56,206 bases of DNA. Origin: Bacteroides sp. SM23_62 (GTDB lineage: Bacteria > Bacteroidota > Bacteroidia > Bacteroidales > SM23-62). The position numbers were made by a program, and so were the translations under genes. The stretch covers positions 86,328-142,533 of the forward strand of contig LJUP01000001.1 of assembly GCA_001303955.1 (NCBI GenBank), read 5' to 3'. Positions 18,585-28,084 of the stretch are shown in pieces. The notes under the pieces are model-generated. The model did not search any database. It saw only the letters and a list, made by a program, of their open reading frames with translations, and had not been told where the DNA came from. Position 1 is the stretch's first letter, and every line of letters starts with the position of its first letter.

Positions 18585-19604
18585 ATGCTGGTAAAAATAG
18601 ATCAGATCATCAAAGAAATCCAGTCGCTTTCCTTAAAATCAAGGGATGATGCTGATTCGTTCAGGTTGCGATACCTCAGTAAAAAAGGTATCATTGCTGA
18701 TCTATTCACAGAGTTTAAGGCAGTTCCGCCTGATCAAAAGAAACTCCTGGGACAAAGAATCAATGAATTAAAAAAAATAGCCCAGGAAAAGATTGATTCC
18801 TATCTTACATCAGCAGGCGGGCCATCCTCCGATAAGCATGAAATGGACCTGACCAGGCCCGGAGAACCAAAGCCCCCGGGATCAAGACATCCTGTTTCCA
18901 TTGTCAGGAAGGAGATCATCGATATCTTTGCCAGGGTGGGTTTCGTTATATCAGAGGGACCCGAGATTGAGGATGACTGGCATGTTTTCAGCGCCCTTAA
19001 TTTCCCTCAAGACCATCCCGCCAGGGATATGCAGGATACTTTCTTCATCAGGAGGAATCCTGATATTTTGCTTAGGACACATACTTCTTCTGTACAGGTT
19101 AGGGTCATGGAAAAACAACAACCACCCATCAGGACAATATCCCCTGGAAGAGTCTTCCGCAATGAAGCCATTTCTGCCAGGGCTCATTGTATTTTCCATC
19201 AGGTTGAAGGATTATATATTGACGAAAATGTCTCCTTCGCCGATCTGCGTCAGGTTTTATTTTATTTTTCACGTGAAATGTTTGGTATGGAAACCCGGAT
19301 CCGGCTTCGTCCCTCTTTTTTTCCTTTTACCGAACCTTCTGCTGAACTGGATATTTCCTGCAGCATATGTGGTGGTAAGGGATGTAATGTATGTAAATAT
19401 ACGGGCTGGGTTGAAATTATGGGTTGCGGTATGGTGGACCCCAACGTGCTTGACAACTGCAACATTGATTCCGATAAATATACAGGTTATGCATTTGGTA
19501 TGGGGGTTGAGCGAATTGCCATGCTGAAATATCAGATTAATGATCTTCGTCTTTTCTTTGAGAACGACAGACGTTTCCTTGACCAGTTTAGTGCCGCTTA
19601 TTAA
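18585..19604 (+). CDS. pheS: Phenylalanine--tRNA ligase alpha subunit
   Basis: [45 protein letters not shown]. Confidence 0.99.
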   Translation: MLVKIDQIIKEIQSLSLKSRDDADSFRLRYLSKKGIIADLFTEFKAVPPDQKKLLGQRINELKKIAQEKIDSYLTSAGGPSSDKHEMDLTRPGEPKPPGSRHPVSIVRKEIIDIFARVGFVISEGPEIEDDWHVFSALNFPQDHPARDMQDTFFIRRNPDILLRTHTSSVQVRVMEKQQPPIRTISPGRVFRNEAISARAHCIFHQVEGLYIDENVSFADLRQVLFYFSREMFGMETRIRLRPSFFPFTEPSAELDISCSICGGKGCNVCKYTGWVEIMGCGMVDPNVLDNCNIDSDKYTGYAFGMGVERIAMLKYQINDLRLFFENDRRFLDQFSAAY

Positions 19605-19621
19605 TATTCCTTGTCCATGGC

Positions 19622-20041
19622 TCAATCAAGGATCCTGATCTCGTATTCCAGGTCCATTACCCTTTTATAGGAATAGCTTACACCACAATATTTCTCTTTG
19701 CTCAGCTCAACAGCTTTTTGCACTTTTTTGATATCGATATTTTCCCCTTTTAATTCATAGATCACCTTCATCTTTGTGAAATGTTTGGGATGTTCCTCGG
19801 TCAGCTCACCCTCAACAACAATATTCAGGCTTTCATAATTCACCCTCATTTTGTTCAAAAGTGAAACAGTATCCATCCCTGTACAGCCTGCGAGTGCCAC
19901 CATCATCAGAGGCTTTGGTTTTGGCCCTTTGCTTCTCCCGCCAAATTCAGGATCAGCATCAATGGCAACCTTGAAACCATCGACTTTTGCTTCAAAAAAC
20001 ATTCCTTCCTTCCATCGAACATTTATCGATTCTTTCTTCAT
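19622..20041 (-). CDS. OsmC/Ohr-family protein (YhfA-like)
   Basis: GPKPKPLMMVALAGCTGMD and SKEKYCGV two-Cys motifs; start ATG 20041 avoids overlap with the divergent Crp/Fnr gene. Confidence 0.9.
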   Translation of the reverse strand: MKKESINVRWKEGMFFEAKVDGFKVAIDADPEFGGRSKGPKPKPLMMVALAGCTGMDTVSLLNKMRVNYESLNIVVEGELTEEHPKHFTKMKVIYELKGENIDIKKVQKAVELSKEKYCGVSYSYKRVMDLEYEIRILD

Positions 20042-20144
20042 CTCTAGATATTTTGCTATGTAATTTATTCTCAAATTTAGGGATAAATTGTATATTGCAG
20101 CCATTAACTTACCTAGTATTACCAAAGGTCGATCCGTGCTGTAG

Positions 20145-20852
20145 ATGAATAGTTTCCAAACATTATCGTGTAAGGATGGATGCCTGGACAGGTCGAATTC
20201 CATATTTAAGCACCTGACTCCTGATGAGCTCGAAAAAGTGACTTTTGATAAATCTACAGAACAATTTAAGCGTGGTTCCATCATTTACCGGGAAGGCAGC
20301 CGCATCAATGGATGCTATTGTATCCAGAAGGGTATCATTAAGGTTTTCAAGACAGGTATAGACGGAAAGGAACAGATTATCCGGTTTGCCCGTACTGGTG
20401 ATATCATTGGTTTTCGTTCTGTACTGAGCAATGAACTTGCATGTACAACGGCAGAGGTACTTGACGAGGCAAGTTTGTGTTATATCCCTGCGGAAACCCT
20501 GGTATATCTTGTTAAGCATAACGGTAATTTCAGCATGGAACTGATGCAGCTCACCTGTAAGGAACTTGGCGAGGCAAATACCTATATCACAGATATTGCT
20601 CAGAAAACGGTCCGGGAAAGATTGGCTGAGATACTAATACATTTGAAGAACGATTTCGGGCTTGACGAAAATAACATCCTTCAAATATCCCTGACCCGTG
20701 AAGAGCTGGCTAATATAGTAGGCACCGCTACCGAATCAGTCATCCGCCTTTTATCAGAATTCAAACATGATCAGCTTATCGAATTGAATGGCCGGAAGAT
20801 CAGGATTCTTGATGAAGCTGGACTGATAAGAATCGGAAATCTTTATAACTAG
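20145..20852 (+). CDS. Crp/Fnr-family transcriptional regulator
   Basis: cNMP beta-barrel (IYREG...GIIKVFK...GDIIG) and HTH LTREELANIVGTATESVIRLL; N-terminal CKDGC. Confidence 0.95.
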   Translation: MNSFQTLSCKDGCLDRSNSIFKHLTPDELEKVTFDKSTEQFKRGSIIYREGSRINGCYCIQKGIIKVFKTGIDGKEQIIRFARTGDIIGFRSVLSNELACTTAEVLDEASLCYIPAETLVYLVKHNGNFSMELMQLTCKELGEANTYITDIAQKTVRERLAEILIHLKNDFGLDENNILQISLTREELANIVGTATESVIRLLSEFKHDQLIELNGRKIRILDEAGLIRIGNLYN

Positions 20853-20866
20853 CTGATATTGATTTA

Positions 20867-21889
20867 TCAAAAGAGCATTTCCTGATTTCCAAAGTTACTT
20901 TTACCAAGATGTTTTAATGCCCTTTCTGTGACCTGTCTTCCACGAGGTGTGCGTTTGATGTATCCTTCCTTGATCAGGAATGGTTCATAGACTTCTTCAA
21001 TGGTACCACCGTCTTCTCCTACGGCTGTGGCAATGGTAGATATACCCACCGGTCCACCCTTGAATTTTTCTATGATGGTAGAAAGGATCCTGTTATCCAT
21101 TTCATCCAGCCCATGCTTATCAATATTCATTGCTTCCAGTGAATACCTGGTGATATCCAGGTCAATTCTTCCACTTCCTTTTACCTGTGCGAAATCACGA
21201 ACCCGGCGGAGCAAAGCATTGGCGATCCTTGGTGTGCCCCTGCTCCTGGAGGAAAGTTCTCTGGCTGCAATCGTATCGATATCTACACCCAGAATTTGTG
21301 AGGATCTTTTGATGATCGTCTCAAGTGTTTCCGCATCATAATATTCCAGCAAAAACCGTATTCCAAAGCGGGCCCTGAGCGGACTTGTAAGCAAGCCTGA
21401 TCTTGTGGTGGCACCGATCAGTGTAAATGGATTAAGTTCCAGCTGAATAGATCTTGCACTTGGTCCTTTGTCTATCATGATATCTATCCGGTAATCTTCC
21501 ATGGCAGAATAAAGATATTCTTCAACCACTGGGGATAAGCGGTGTATTTCATCAATGAATAACACATCCGATTCTTCCAGTCCGGTTAATATCCCGGCCA
21601 GATCTCCAGGTTTATCGAGAACGGGACCTGAGGTTACTTTCAGGTTCACATCCATTTCTTCTGCTATAATATGGGCAAGGGTTGTTTTCCCAAGTCCCGG
21701 CGGTCCATGAAGCAATACATGGTCGAGGGCTTCTTCTCTTTGCCTGGCAGCCTGCACAAAAACTTTCAGGTTATCAACCGTTTTGCGTTGTCCTTTGAAA
21801 TCAGAGAAGGAGATAGGCCTGAGACGTTTCTCATATTCCCTGTCCCGTTCTGTCAATCCCGGCCCATGTATCTCGAAATTTTCTTCCAT
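20867..21889 (-). CDS. ruvB: Holliday junction branch migration helicase RuvB
   Basis: [41 protein letters not shown]. Confidence 0.99.
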   Translation of the reverse strand: MEENFEIHGPGLTERDREYEKRLRPISFSDFKGQRKTVDNLKVFVQAARQREEALDHVLLHGPPGLGKTTLAHIIAEEMDVNLKVTSGPVLDKPGDLAGILTGLEESDVLFIDEIHRLSPVVEEYLYSAMEDYRIDIMIDKGPSARSIQLELNPFTLIGATTRSGLLTSPLRARFGIRFLLEYYDAETLETIIKRSSQILGVDIDTIAARELSSRSRGTPRIANALLRRVRDFAQVKGSGRIDLDITRYSLEAMNIDKHGLDEMDNRILSTIIEKFKGGPVGISTIATAVGEDGGTIEEVYEPFLIKEGYIKRTPRGRQVTERALKHLGKSNFGNQEMLF

Positions 21890-21896
21890 TTATGGT

Positions 21897-23459
21897 CTAT
21901 TCGACAAGTTTTCTGGTTGATTCCGGCAGGTTGACCTTCAAACCATTCACCCTGGTCTCAACATCATCTTTAAAAGTAATTGTCATAACCAGGTTCCCTT
22001 CCGGATCATATTTCTTCCAGTTCTTTTCCTTTATTCCCATGACATAAAAACGCTCCTCCTTGAGGGCGCCATCTTTATAATAAAGCTTATGCTTGCCATC
22101 GGGGTTCCCCTGTATATAATAACCTTCAAACTTAAGCGTGCTGTCAGCATAAAAATATCTCCATTTTCCATCCCTCAGTCCCGTGATGAAATCTCCGACC
22201 TCGATATGGTCTCCCACATGGTAATACCAGCTACCTTCAGGTTCACCTTCTATATAATCACCCTGGGTTATAATCCTGCCATCCATTGAGTATTCTATCA
22301 GATAACCATCTTCCTTACCGTTATAAAATTGCTCTTCCCTGAGTATGCTCCCGTCGTTATAGTACCATCTCCATAATCCGTTGACCCTGCCCCTGCTGTA
22401 ATCTCCAGTTTGTTCCACCTGGCCGTTCTTGTGATAGAATTTCCATTTACCCGTTCTGTAATTATTTTCATACTGTCCCTCAGCCTTCAGTTCACCTGTT
22501 GCGTAATAATCTTTCCAAATACCCCATCGTTTGCCTTCATTATCCACAATACCTTCTGATACAACCTCTCCGTAATCATTGTATATGGTAGATGCGATTA
22601 CTTCACCCACAGGGTTATAACTTCTGTGTATCCCAATCGGAATGTTTTGTTTGAAGGGACCGCTTTTTACAAGCCTATTCTGTTCATCATATTCATTTCT
22701 TATCTCCACACCTTCATCTTCTTCTACATCCTCAGCAATTAGCTGGTCATCTTCGTATTTAAGCACCAGTATCAGGTTTCCATTCTCATTGAATTCTTTG
22801 TACAGACCGTTTAATTTTCCATCCTTATATGTTCTTTCGTTCTTCAGTTTCCCATCCTCGTAAAACTCTTTCCATATCCCCTGTTTAATTCCACTCCTGT
22901 CATATCTGTTAATTTGCTCACGATCAGTAATATATCCGTTGTGGAAATAAACAAGGGATTGTATTACCCCATCTTCATTGTATTCTTTTGTCAATCCTTG
23001 TTTTTTGCCATTTACATAACTTACCTCGCTTTTTAATTTACCGTTTGTATAATAATAATATGACATTCCTTCTCTCTTGTCATTCACATATAACTCCTTT
23101 GAAACTATTTCACCATAATCCCTTCCTTCTTTCCTGTTTTCATAACTGTACACAATATGGTACCCATTTTTTTTCCCGAACATATAACTTATTGTTTGCA
23201 ATGTGTCTCCCTCATTATTGTAAAAGGTCCATATACTGTCCAGCAAAAAATTCGTTCTTTTGCCTTCTGATTTTTTAATCCCTGTCACATAATAGGTAGT
23301 CCAATATCCATCCGGTTTTCCACCTTTAATGGTACCTTCGCTTGAGACCTGGCCGTTAGGATAGAAAAACTGGACAAAACCATCTGCCGGGGTATCGTCC
23401 TGCCCGTAAACAACAAAGCCATAGATAATTAATGTCAGTATGACTGCCAGTCTGTACAT
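21897..23459 (-). CDS. Exported MORN-variant (YwqK-like) repeat protein
   Basis: Signal peptide from ATG 23459 (MYRLAVILTLIIYGFVVYGQ); about 20 repeats of G-x-W-x-x-Y-Y-x-N-G-x-L-K-x-E-G-x-Y-x-x-G. Confidence 0.85.
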   Translation of the reverse strand: MYRLAVILTLIIYGFVVYGQDDTPADGFVQFFYPNGQVSSEGTIKGGKPDGYWTTYYVTGIKKSEGKRTNFLLDSIWTFYNNEGDTLQTISYMFGKKNGYHIVYSYENRKEGRDYGEIVSKELYVNDKREGMSYYYYTNGKLKSEVSYVNGKKQGLTKEYNEDGVIQSLVYFHNGYITDREQINRYDRSGIKQGIWKEFYEDGKLKNERTYKDGKLNGLYKEFNENGNLILVLKYEDDQLIAEDVEEDEGVEIRNEYDEQNRLVKSGPFKQNIPIGIHRSYNPVGEVIASTIYNDYGEVVSEGIVDNEGKRWGIWKDYYATGELKAEGQYENNYRTGKWKFYHKNGQVEQTGDYSRGRVNGLWRWYYNDGSILREEQFYNGKEDGYLIEYSMDGRIITQGDYIEGEPEGSWYYHVGDHIEVGDFITGLRDGKWRYFYADSTLKFEGYYIQGNPDGKHKLYYKDGALKEERFYVMGIKEKNWKKYDPEGNLVMTITFKDDVETRVNGLKVNLPESTRKLVE

Positions 23460-23472
23460 TTTACTTAATATT

Positions 23473-24471
23473 TCAAATACCCAGCATTTCAGATATTTCA
23501 AGCATTCGTTTGATTGAATGAACCGCCTTCTGCCTGATATCTTCATCCACTTTCACCTCAGGCAGTTCATATTTCAAACAATTATATAACTTCTTTATTG
23601 TGATCATCTTCATAAAATTACAATCATTGCAAGCACATGTCGAATCCTTTGGTGGAGCCGGAATAAATGTTTTTTCCGGATTACTTTTCTTCATCTGGTG
23701 TATGATCCCTGACTCCGTGGCCACAATATATTTCTTTGCATTATCCTTCCTGGTAAAATTTAACAATGATGAGGTTGATCCTATATGATCAGCCACGATC
23801 AGTATTGGTTTTTCGCATTCAGGATGTGCTATGATCTTCGCATCAGTTTCCTTTTCCTTTATCTCTAGTATCCTTTCAAGTGAAAATTCTTCGTGTACAT
23901 GGCAGGCCCCTTGCCATATAACCATATTCCTTCCCGTTACACTTTTGATATAATTTCCCAGATTTCTGTCTGGTGCAAAAATAATTTTTTCTTCCTCAGG
24001 AAGACTTTGAACAATCTGCATGGCATTTGATGAGGTACATATTATATCCGTTAATGCTTTTATCTCAGCTGTTGTGTTTACATATGAAATAACTGTATAT
24101 CCCGGATACTTTTCTACAAAGGATTTGAATTCATCCGGAGGACATGAATCAGCTAGTGAACATCCTGCATTCAGGTCCGGTATCAGCACTTTTTTATCCG
24201 GTGAAAGAATCTTTGCTGTTTCTGCCATAAAATGTACACCTGCAAACAATATGATATCAGCACTGGTTCTTTCTGCCTGCTGTGACAAAGCCAGACTGTC
24301 CCCGACAAAATCTGCAATATCCTGTATTTCACCTTGCTGGTAATAATGGGCCAGGATAATGGCATTTTTTTCCTTTCTCATCCTGTCAATCTCCCTGAGA
24401 ATATCAAGGTCCGGACCTACCTTTTCGTCAACAAATCCCTTTTCCTTTATATCTTTCCAATTAACATTCAT
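23473..24471 (-). CDS. nadA: Quinolinate synthase
   Basis: ILAHYYQ, GDSL, GVHFMAETAKILSP, AGCSLA, CHVH, AHPEC, CNFMK. Confidence 0.98.
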   Translation of the reverse strand: MNVNWKDIKEKGFVDEKVGPDLDILREIDRMRKEKNAIILAHYYQQGEIQDIADFVGDSLALSQQAERTSADIILFAGVHFMAETAKILSPDKKVLIPDLNAGCSLADSCPPDEFKSFVEKYPGYTVISYVNTTAEIKALTDIICTSSNAMQIVQSLPEEEKIIFAPDRNLGNYIKSVTGRNMVIWQGACHVHEEFSLERILEIKEKETDAKIIAHPECEKPILIVADHIGSTSSLLNFTRKDNAKKYIVATESGIIHQMKKSNPEKTFIPAPPKDSTCACNDCNFMKMITIKKLYNCLKYELPEVKVDEDIRQKAVHSIKRMLEISEMLGI

Positions 24472-24966
24472 TTATTATATTCTATATAATTTTTATAATA
24501 ATGATGATAATAATGGTCTGTTAATTATATTAATATCTTAACTGAAATTACCTTAATTCATTTTATGAAAAAAAATGAAAATTGATACTAACATGATATG
24601 GTATGTATAATCATTATTATTCAAGAAAATATGGGCAAAATTAACAACTGTTGATTAAAATCAGGCAAGTCATGTTTGATAATCCATATTTATATGAAAT
24701 GTTGATAATATGTTTGCCTGTTTTTAGTAAATAAAGAGATTAAAATTTTGAATATTTGATTAAAAAAATAAGTATTTACTAAAATTAAATCATACAATTA
24801 TTTTTTTTAAAATTATTGAAAGATAATTAACACTCATTTAACAGTGTTTGAAATAATATAAAAACAAGATATTAAGAGATAAGGATAAAGGAAGTTTAAT
24901 ACTTTTAGGTATTAAATAAATAATTTGTATAAATTTGAAAGGAGTAAATAAAAAAAGTACAAAAAG
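24472..24966. other. Candidate chromosomal replication origin (oriC)
   Basis: Longest and most AT-rich intergenic gap in the window; NAT trimer run 24494-24514, then GGTC, then box TGTTAATTA; six more 9-mers ending in AACA on either strand; gene-strand bias flips here; parS at 8261. Confidence 0.75.
24930..24937 (+). promoter_or_regulatory. -7 promoter element for the Rrf2 gene
   Basis: TAAATTTG, 29 bp upstream of ATG 24967. Confidence 0.6.
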
Positions 24967-25398
24967 ATGTTATCAAATACCTCAAAATATGCCATAAGAG
25001 CAGTAATTTATCTTGCATTAAATGCAGGTGAGGAAAAAAAGATAGGCATTAAGCAGATATCAAAGGACTTGAGCATTCCTACACCTTTCCTTGGAAAAAT
25101 TTTACAGACACTGGCAAAACAAAAATTACTTTCTTCAACAAAAGGGCCACATGGAGGATTTGGATTGGGAAAATCAGCTGATGAGATTTCATTGATAGAT
25201 ATTGTAGATATTATTGACGGACAGGATATTTTCAATAAATGCCTGATTAGGCTGGAAGATTGTAACAGCAAGGAACCTTGCTCTATGCACGACAAATACA
25301 TAGAAATAAGAAAAAATCTTATGACGTTGTTTCAGAAAGAAAAGATTTCTGAACTTGTTGATGAAATAAAGGAAGGGGAAAAGAAAGTAAATCTATAG
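24967..25398 (+). CDS. Rrf2-family Fe-S transcriptional regulator
   Basis: YAIRAVIYLA, FLGKILQTL, STKGPHGGF, C-x6-C-x5-C-x2-H cluster ligands. Confidence 0.93.
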   Translation: MLSNTSKYAIRAVIYLALNAGEEKKIGIKQISKDLSIPTPFLGKILQTLAKQKLLSSTKGPHGGFGLGKSADEISLIDIVDIIDGQDIFNKCLIRLEDCNSKEPCSMHDKYIEIRKNLMTLFQKEKISELVDEIKEGEKKVNL

Positions 25399-25776
25399 CG
25401 CACGGGGACGGATACCATATATTAGTACCATAAGAAGGGATCCACATATAAATCCAGCAAAATCATGCAGGATATCAGTAAAATCACCATCTCGCCCTGC
25501 ATGCATTACCTCCTGTAATACTTCTAAGAATATGGCAAACAGCATTACGATAATAAATGTGACAATAATATGACCCGGGGCAAAGGTTTTTGAAGAACTT
25601 ATTTTCAATTGCCCTCGCAGATAAAGCATACTAAATACCATAAAAAGACCAATATGTGCAAATTTATCCTGATAAGGTATATGCACATGGGGAATACTCC
25701 GTGAAGGGCTCAAGAAAAGAACCAACATAAATACGGTCCAGGTGATTGTTTCCCAAAAAAACAAGATTTTTTTCAT
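25393..25776 (-). CDS. VanZ-family membrane protein
   Basis: DKFAH, E-x-L-Q...GR.G.F.D motifs; four hydrophobic helices. Confidence 0.85.
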   Translation of the reverse strand: MKKILFFWETITWTVFMLVLFLSPSRSIPHVHIPYQDKFAHIGLFMVFSMLYLRGQLKISSSKTFAPGHIIVTFIIVMLFAIFLEVLQEVMHAGRDGDFTDILHDFAGFICGSLLMVLIYGIRPRAL

Positions 25777-25812
25777 GGTTTAAAACTAACAAAACAAAGA
25801 ACATTTACCAAT

Positions 25813-26946
25813 ATGGCGGGATTGTATATACATATACCTTTCTGCAGGGAAGCCTGCCATTATTGTGATTTTCATTTCAGTATCTCCATGAGGCAGTTAA
25901 ATTCCATGATGAATGCCATAGAAAAGGAAATTGCCATGCGTAAAGATTTTCTGCAGGGAGAAGTACTGGACACCATTTACCTTGGAGGGGGCACTCCCTC
26001 TGTTCTATCTGCCAGCCAGCTGAAATCACTTTTCAGGGTCATCAAAGATCATTACGAAATAGGTAAGGATCCTGAAATTACACTGGAGGGAAATCCTGAA
26101 GACCTGGTACCACAATACATTGAGAATTTAATAAAATTGGGCATAAACCGGCTCAGTATTGGCATTCAGTCTTTTCATGAAGATGACTTGAAGTTCATGA
26201 ACCGCCGGCATGGGAAAAAACAATCGCATTATTGCCTGAAAATAGTACGGAAAGCAGGTTTTAAGAATCTGAATGTGGACCTGATCTATGGATTGCCCGG
26301 ACTCACGACGATAAAATGGGAAGAGAACCTTGATATTGCTTCAGGGTATTCACCTGTACATATCTCCGCATATCATCTTTCGTATGAGAAAGGCACGGTA
26401 ATGGATTATAGAAGAATGAAAAGCAGTTTTAAAATCCAGGATGAACTAACCAGCCAGGATCAGTATGAACTGTTGGTTGACAAATTGCATCATAACGGGT
26501 ACCTGCATTATGAAATATCAAATTTTGCCCTGCCCGGTTATATTTCAAGGCATAACAGTGCATATTGGAATGGTAAAAAATACCTGGGCGTAGGTCCTTC
26601 TGCCCATTCATTTAACGGAGAAATCAGAAGCTGGAACATTGCCAAAAATACGAGTTATATCAATTTTGTTCATAAAGGCTCTGTTTACTATGAAATGGAG
26701 AAACTGGATCATACCTCACGTTTTCATGATTATCTTATGACTTCACTGAGAACCATGTGGGGAGCAGACCTGGCATTCATTCTGCGGGAATTTGGACAAA
26801 TGTATAAAGCACATTGTTTACAGATGGCAAAGCCATATTTGCAAAGCGGCAGGATGGAAAAGAATGGCGATAAACTCATCCTGTCAGAGGACGGCATGTT
26901 TATTGCCGATCATATCATTGCAAAATTGTTCATGAATCAGGATTAA
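25813..26946 (+). CDS. hemW: Radical SAM heme chaperone HemW
   Basis: LYIHIPFCREACHYCDF (CxxxCxxC), GGGTPS, YEISNFA...HNSAYW. Confidence 0.93.
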   Translation: MAGLYIHIPFCREACHYCDFHFSISMRQLNSMMNAIEKEIAMRKDFLQGEVLDTIYLGGGTPSVLSASQLKSLFRVIKDHYEIGKDPEITLEGNPEDLVPQYIENLIKLGINRLSIGIQSFHEDDLKFMNRRHGKKQSHYCLKIVRKAGFKNLNVDLIYGLPGLTTIKWEENLDIASGYSPVHISAYHLSYEKGTVMDYRRMKSSFKIQDELTSQDQYELLVDKLHHNGYLHYEISNFALPGYISRHNSAYWNGKKYLGVGPSAHSFNGEIRSWNIAKNTSYINFVHKGSVYYEMEKLDHTSRFHDYLMTSLRTMWGADLAFILREFGQMYKAHCLQMAKPYLQSGRMEKNGDKLILSEDGMFIADHIIAKLFMNQD

Positions 26947-26986
26947 CCACCCGGGGTCAGGCAGGTATTATTCCCGGCAGGGTCCC

Positions 26987-27898
26987 TTATCTTAGGCCAA
27001 AACTGGAGGACCCGATTTCACGCCTGTCAGCGTATAAATGTACCTGGTATGTACCCGGAACCAGCTGTCCGTCATTATTCCAGAATATGCACATGTCTAC
27101 ATCCACATTTTCATAGCTTACCTCCCGGCTGGCCGTAAAAACAATTTGTTCTCCCTGGAAATCAAAGAAATTAACACCGGAAGTTAATATCACATCATCC
27201 GGGCGGACCACTCGCAGATAAATGATTTTCGGACCAGGTTCCAGGATAGGATTTTCCCTCAGGGTGAAACAAATCCTTAATTTCTCCACCTTGATGGTTT
27301 TATTGATTTCCTTGCTCCTTTTATTCAGGGAGGCAATAACAATATTTTTAGCACTTAGGACCGAGGCCATTTCAACCTTGCTGGAAAGTTCGTTCCTGAC
27401 TTCTGTAAGCTCCTGTTTTTCAGATTCCACACGCCGTAATTCCTGTCTCACTTCAAGGTTTTCAGCCCGAAGTTCCTGGTTGGCCAGGTTAAGGGAATCA
27501 ATCTGCACCACATAACTTTTGAGTACTTTCCTTATGGTACCCAATTCCTTTTCGTACATCCGGATCTTATAAACATTATTGGCATTGATCTTTAGCAATT
27601 TTTCAATTCTGGCCTGCTCTGCCTGAAGTTTCAGGTTCATGGTATCATTCTCTGTTTTGAGGGAATCATACTGACTGTAGATATCCTTTAATTCATCTTC
27701 AAGCTGCACTTTTTGCCTTTCCAGTTCTGCTTTTTCCTCAGCAGATTGTTGTTTAAGATCACTGTATGTAAACCAGAGGTAACCAATGGCACCTGCAAGG
27801 ACAATGACCAGTATGATCCAGAGTACAGGTATCCTCTTTTTTGATTTTTCTGGCGTCAGCAAAGGTTTTTCTGGGTATGTATCCTTATTATGATCCAT
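26987..27898 (-). CDS. Hypothetical bitopic membrane protein: N-terminal TM, long coiled coil, C-terminal beta-rich domain
   Basis: One TM (IPVLWIILVIVLAGAIGYLWF), heptad-rich region about aa 45-180, C-terminal ...GTYQVHLYAD..EIGSSSF; TACATTTG -7 element at 27929-27936. Confidence 0.75.
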   Translation of the reverse strand: MDHNKDTYPEKPLLTPEKSKKRIPVLWIILVIVLAGAIGYLWFTYSDLKQQSAEEKAELERQKVQLEDELKDIYSQYDSLKTENDTMNLKLQAEQARIEKLLKINANNVYKIRMYEKELGTIRKVLKSYVVQIDSLNLANQELRAENLEVRQELRRVESEKQELTEVRNELSSKVEMASVLSAKNIVIASLNKRSKEINKTIKVEKLRICFTLRENPILEPGPKIIYLRVVRPDDVILTSGVNFFDFQGEQIVFTASREVSYENVDVDMCIFWNNDGQLVPGTYQVHLYADRREIGSSSFGLR

Positions 27899-28084
27899 AA
27901 GTATTTGATATTTTTATTGTTGTAACAGCAAATGTACTAATCTTTTAGTACATATTTGATAATAACGTACGGATGACAGAATAATTTTAAAGAAGAGTCG
28001 TAAGAATAATAAAAAACACTCATATTTTGATTTTTACAATATTTAATCTATATATTTATACCATTGAATTATAATTTTTTTAGT

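Noticed and set aside
19265-19280. parS-like TTTTTCACGTGAAATG in pheS
   Set aside because: Only 13/16 matches, with the outer GT/AC positions broken, and it lies in coding sequence; likely chance
20859-20870. FNR-box-like TTGAT-TT-ATCAA
   Set aside because: Spacer is 2 bp rather than 4, and it lies between convergent 3' ends rather than in a promoter
22540-22548. Perfect E. coli DnaA box TTATCCACA
   Set aside because: Single isolated hit inside the MORN gene; about one is expected by chance in 56 kb of AT-rich DNA
21897-23459. Toxin-antitoxin or CRISPR-like repeat locus
   Set aside because: Repeats exist only at the protein level, with no identical DNA repeats or spacers, and there is no toxin partner
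24359-24541. 60-aa ORF entering the AT-rich gap
   Set aside because: Antisense to nadA, with low-complexity NNDDNN that merely reflects the trimer run
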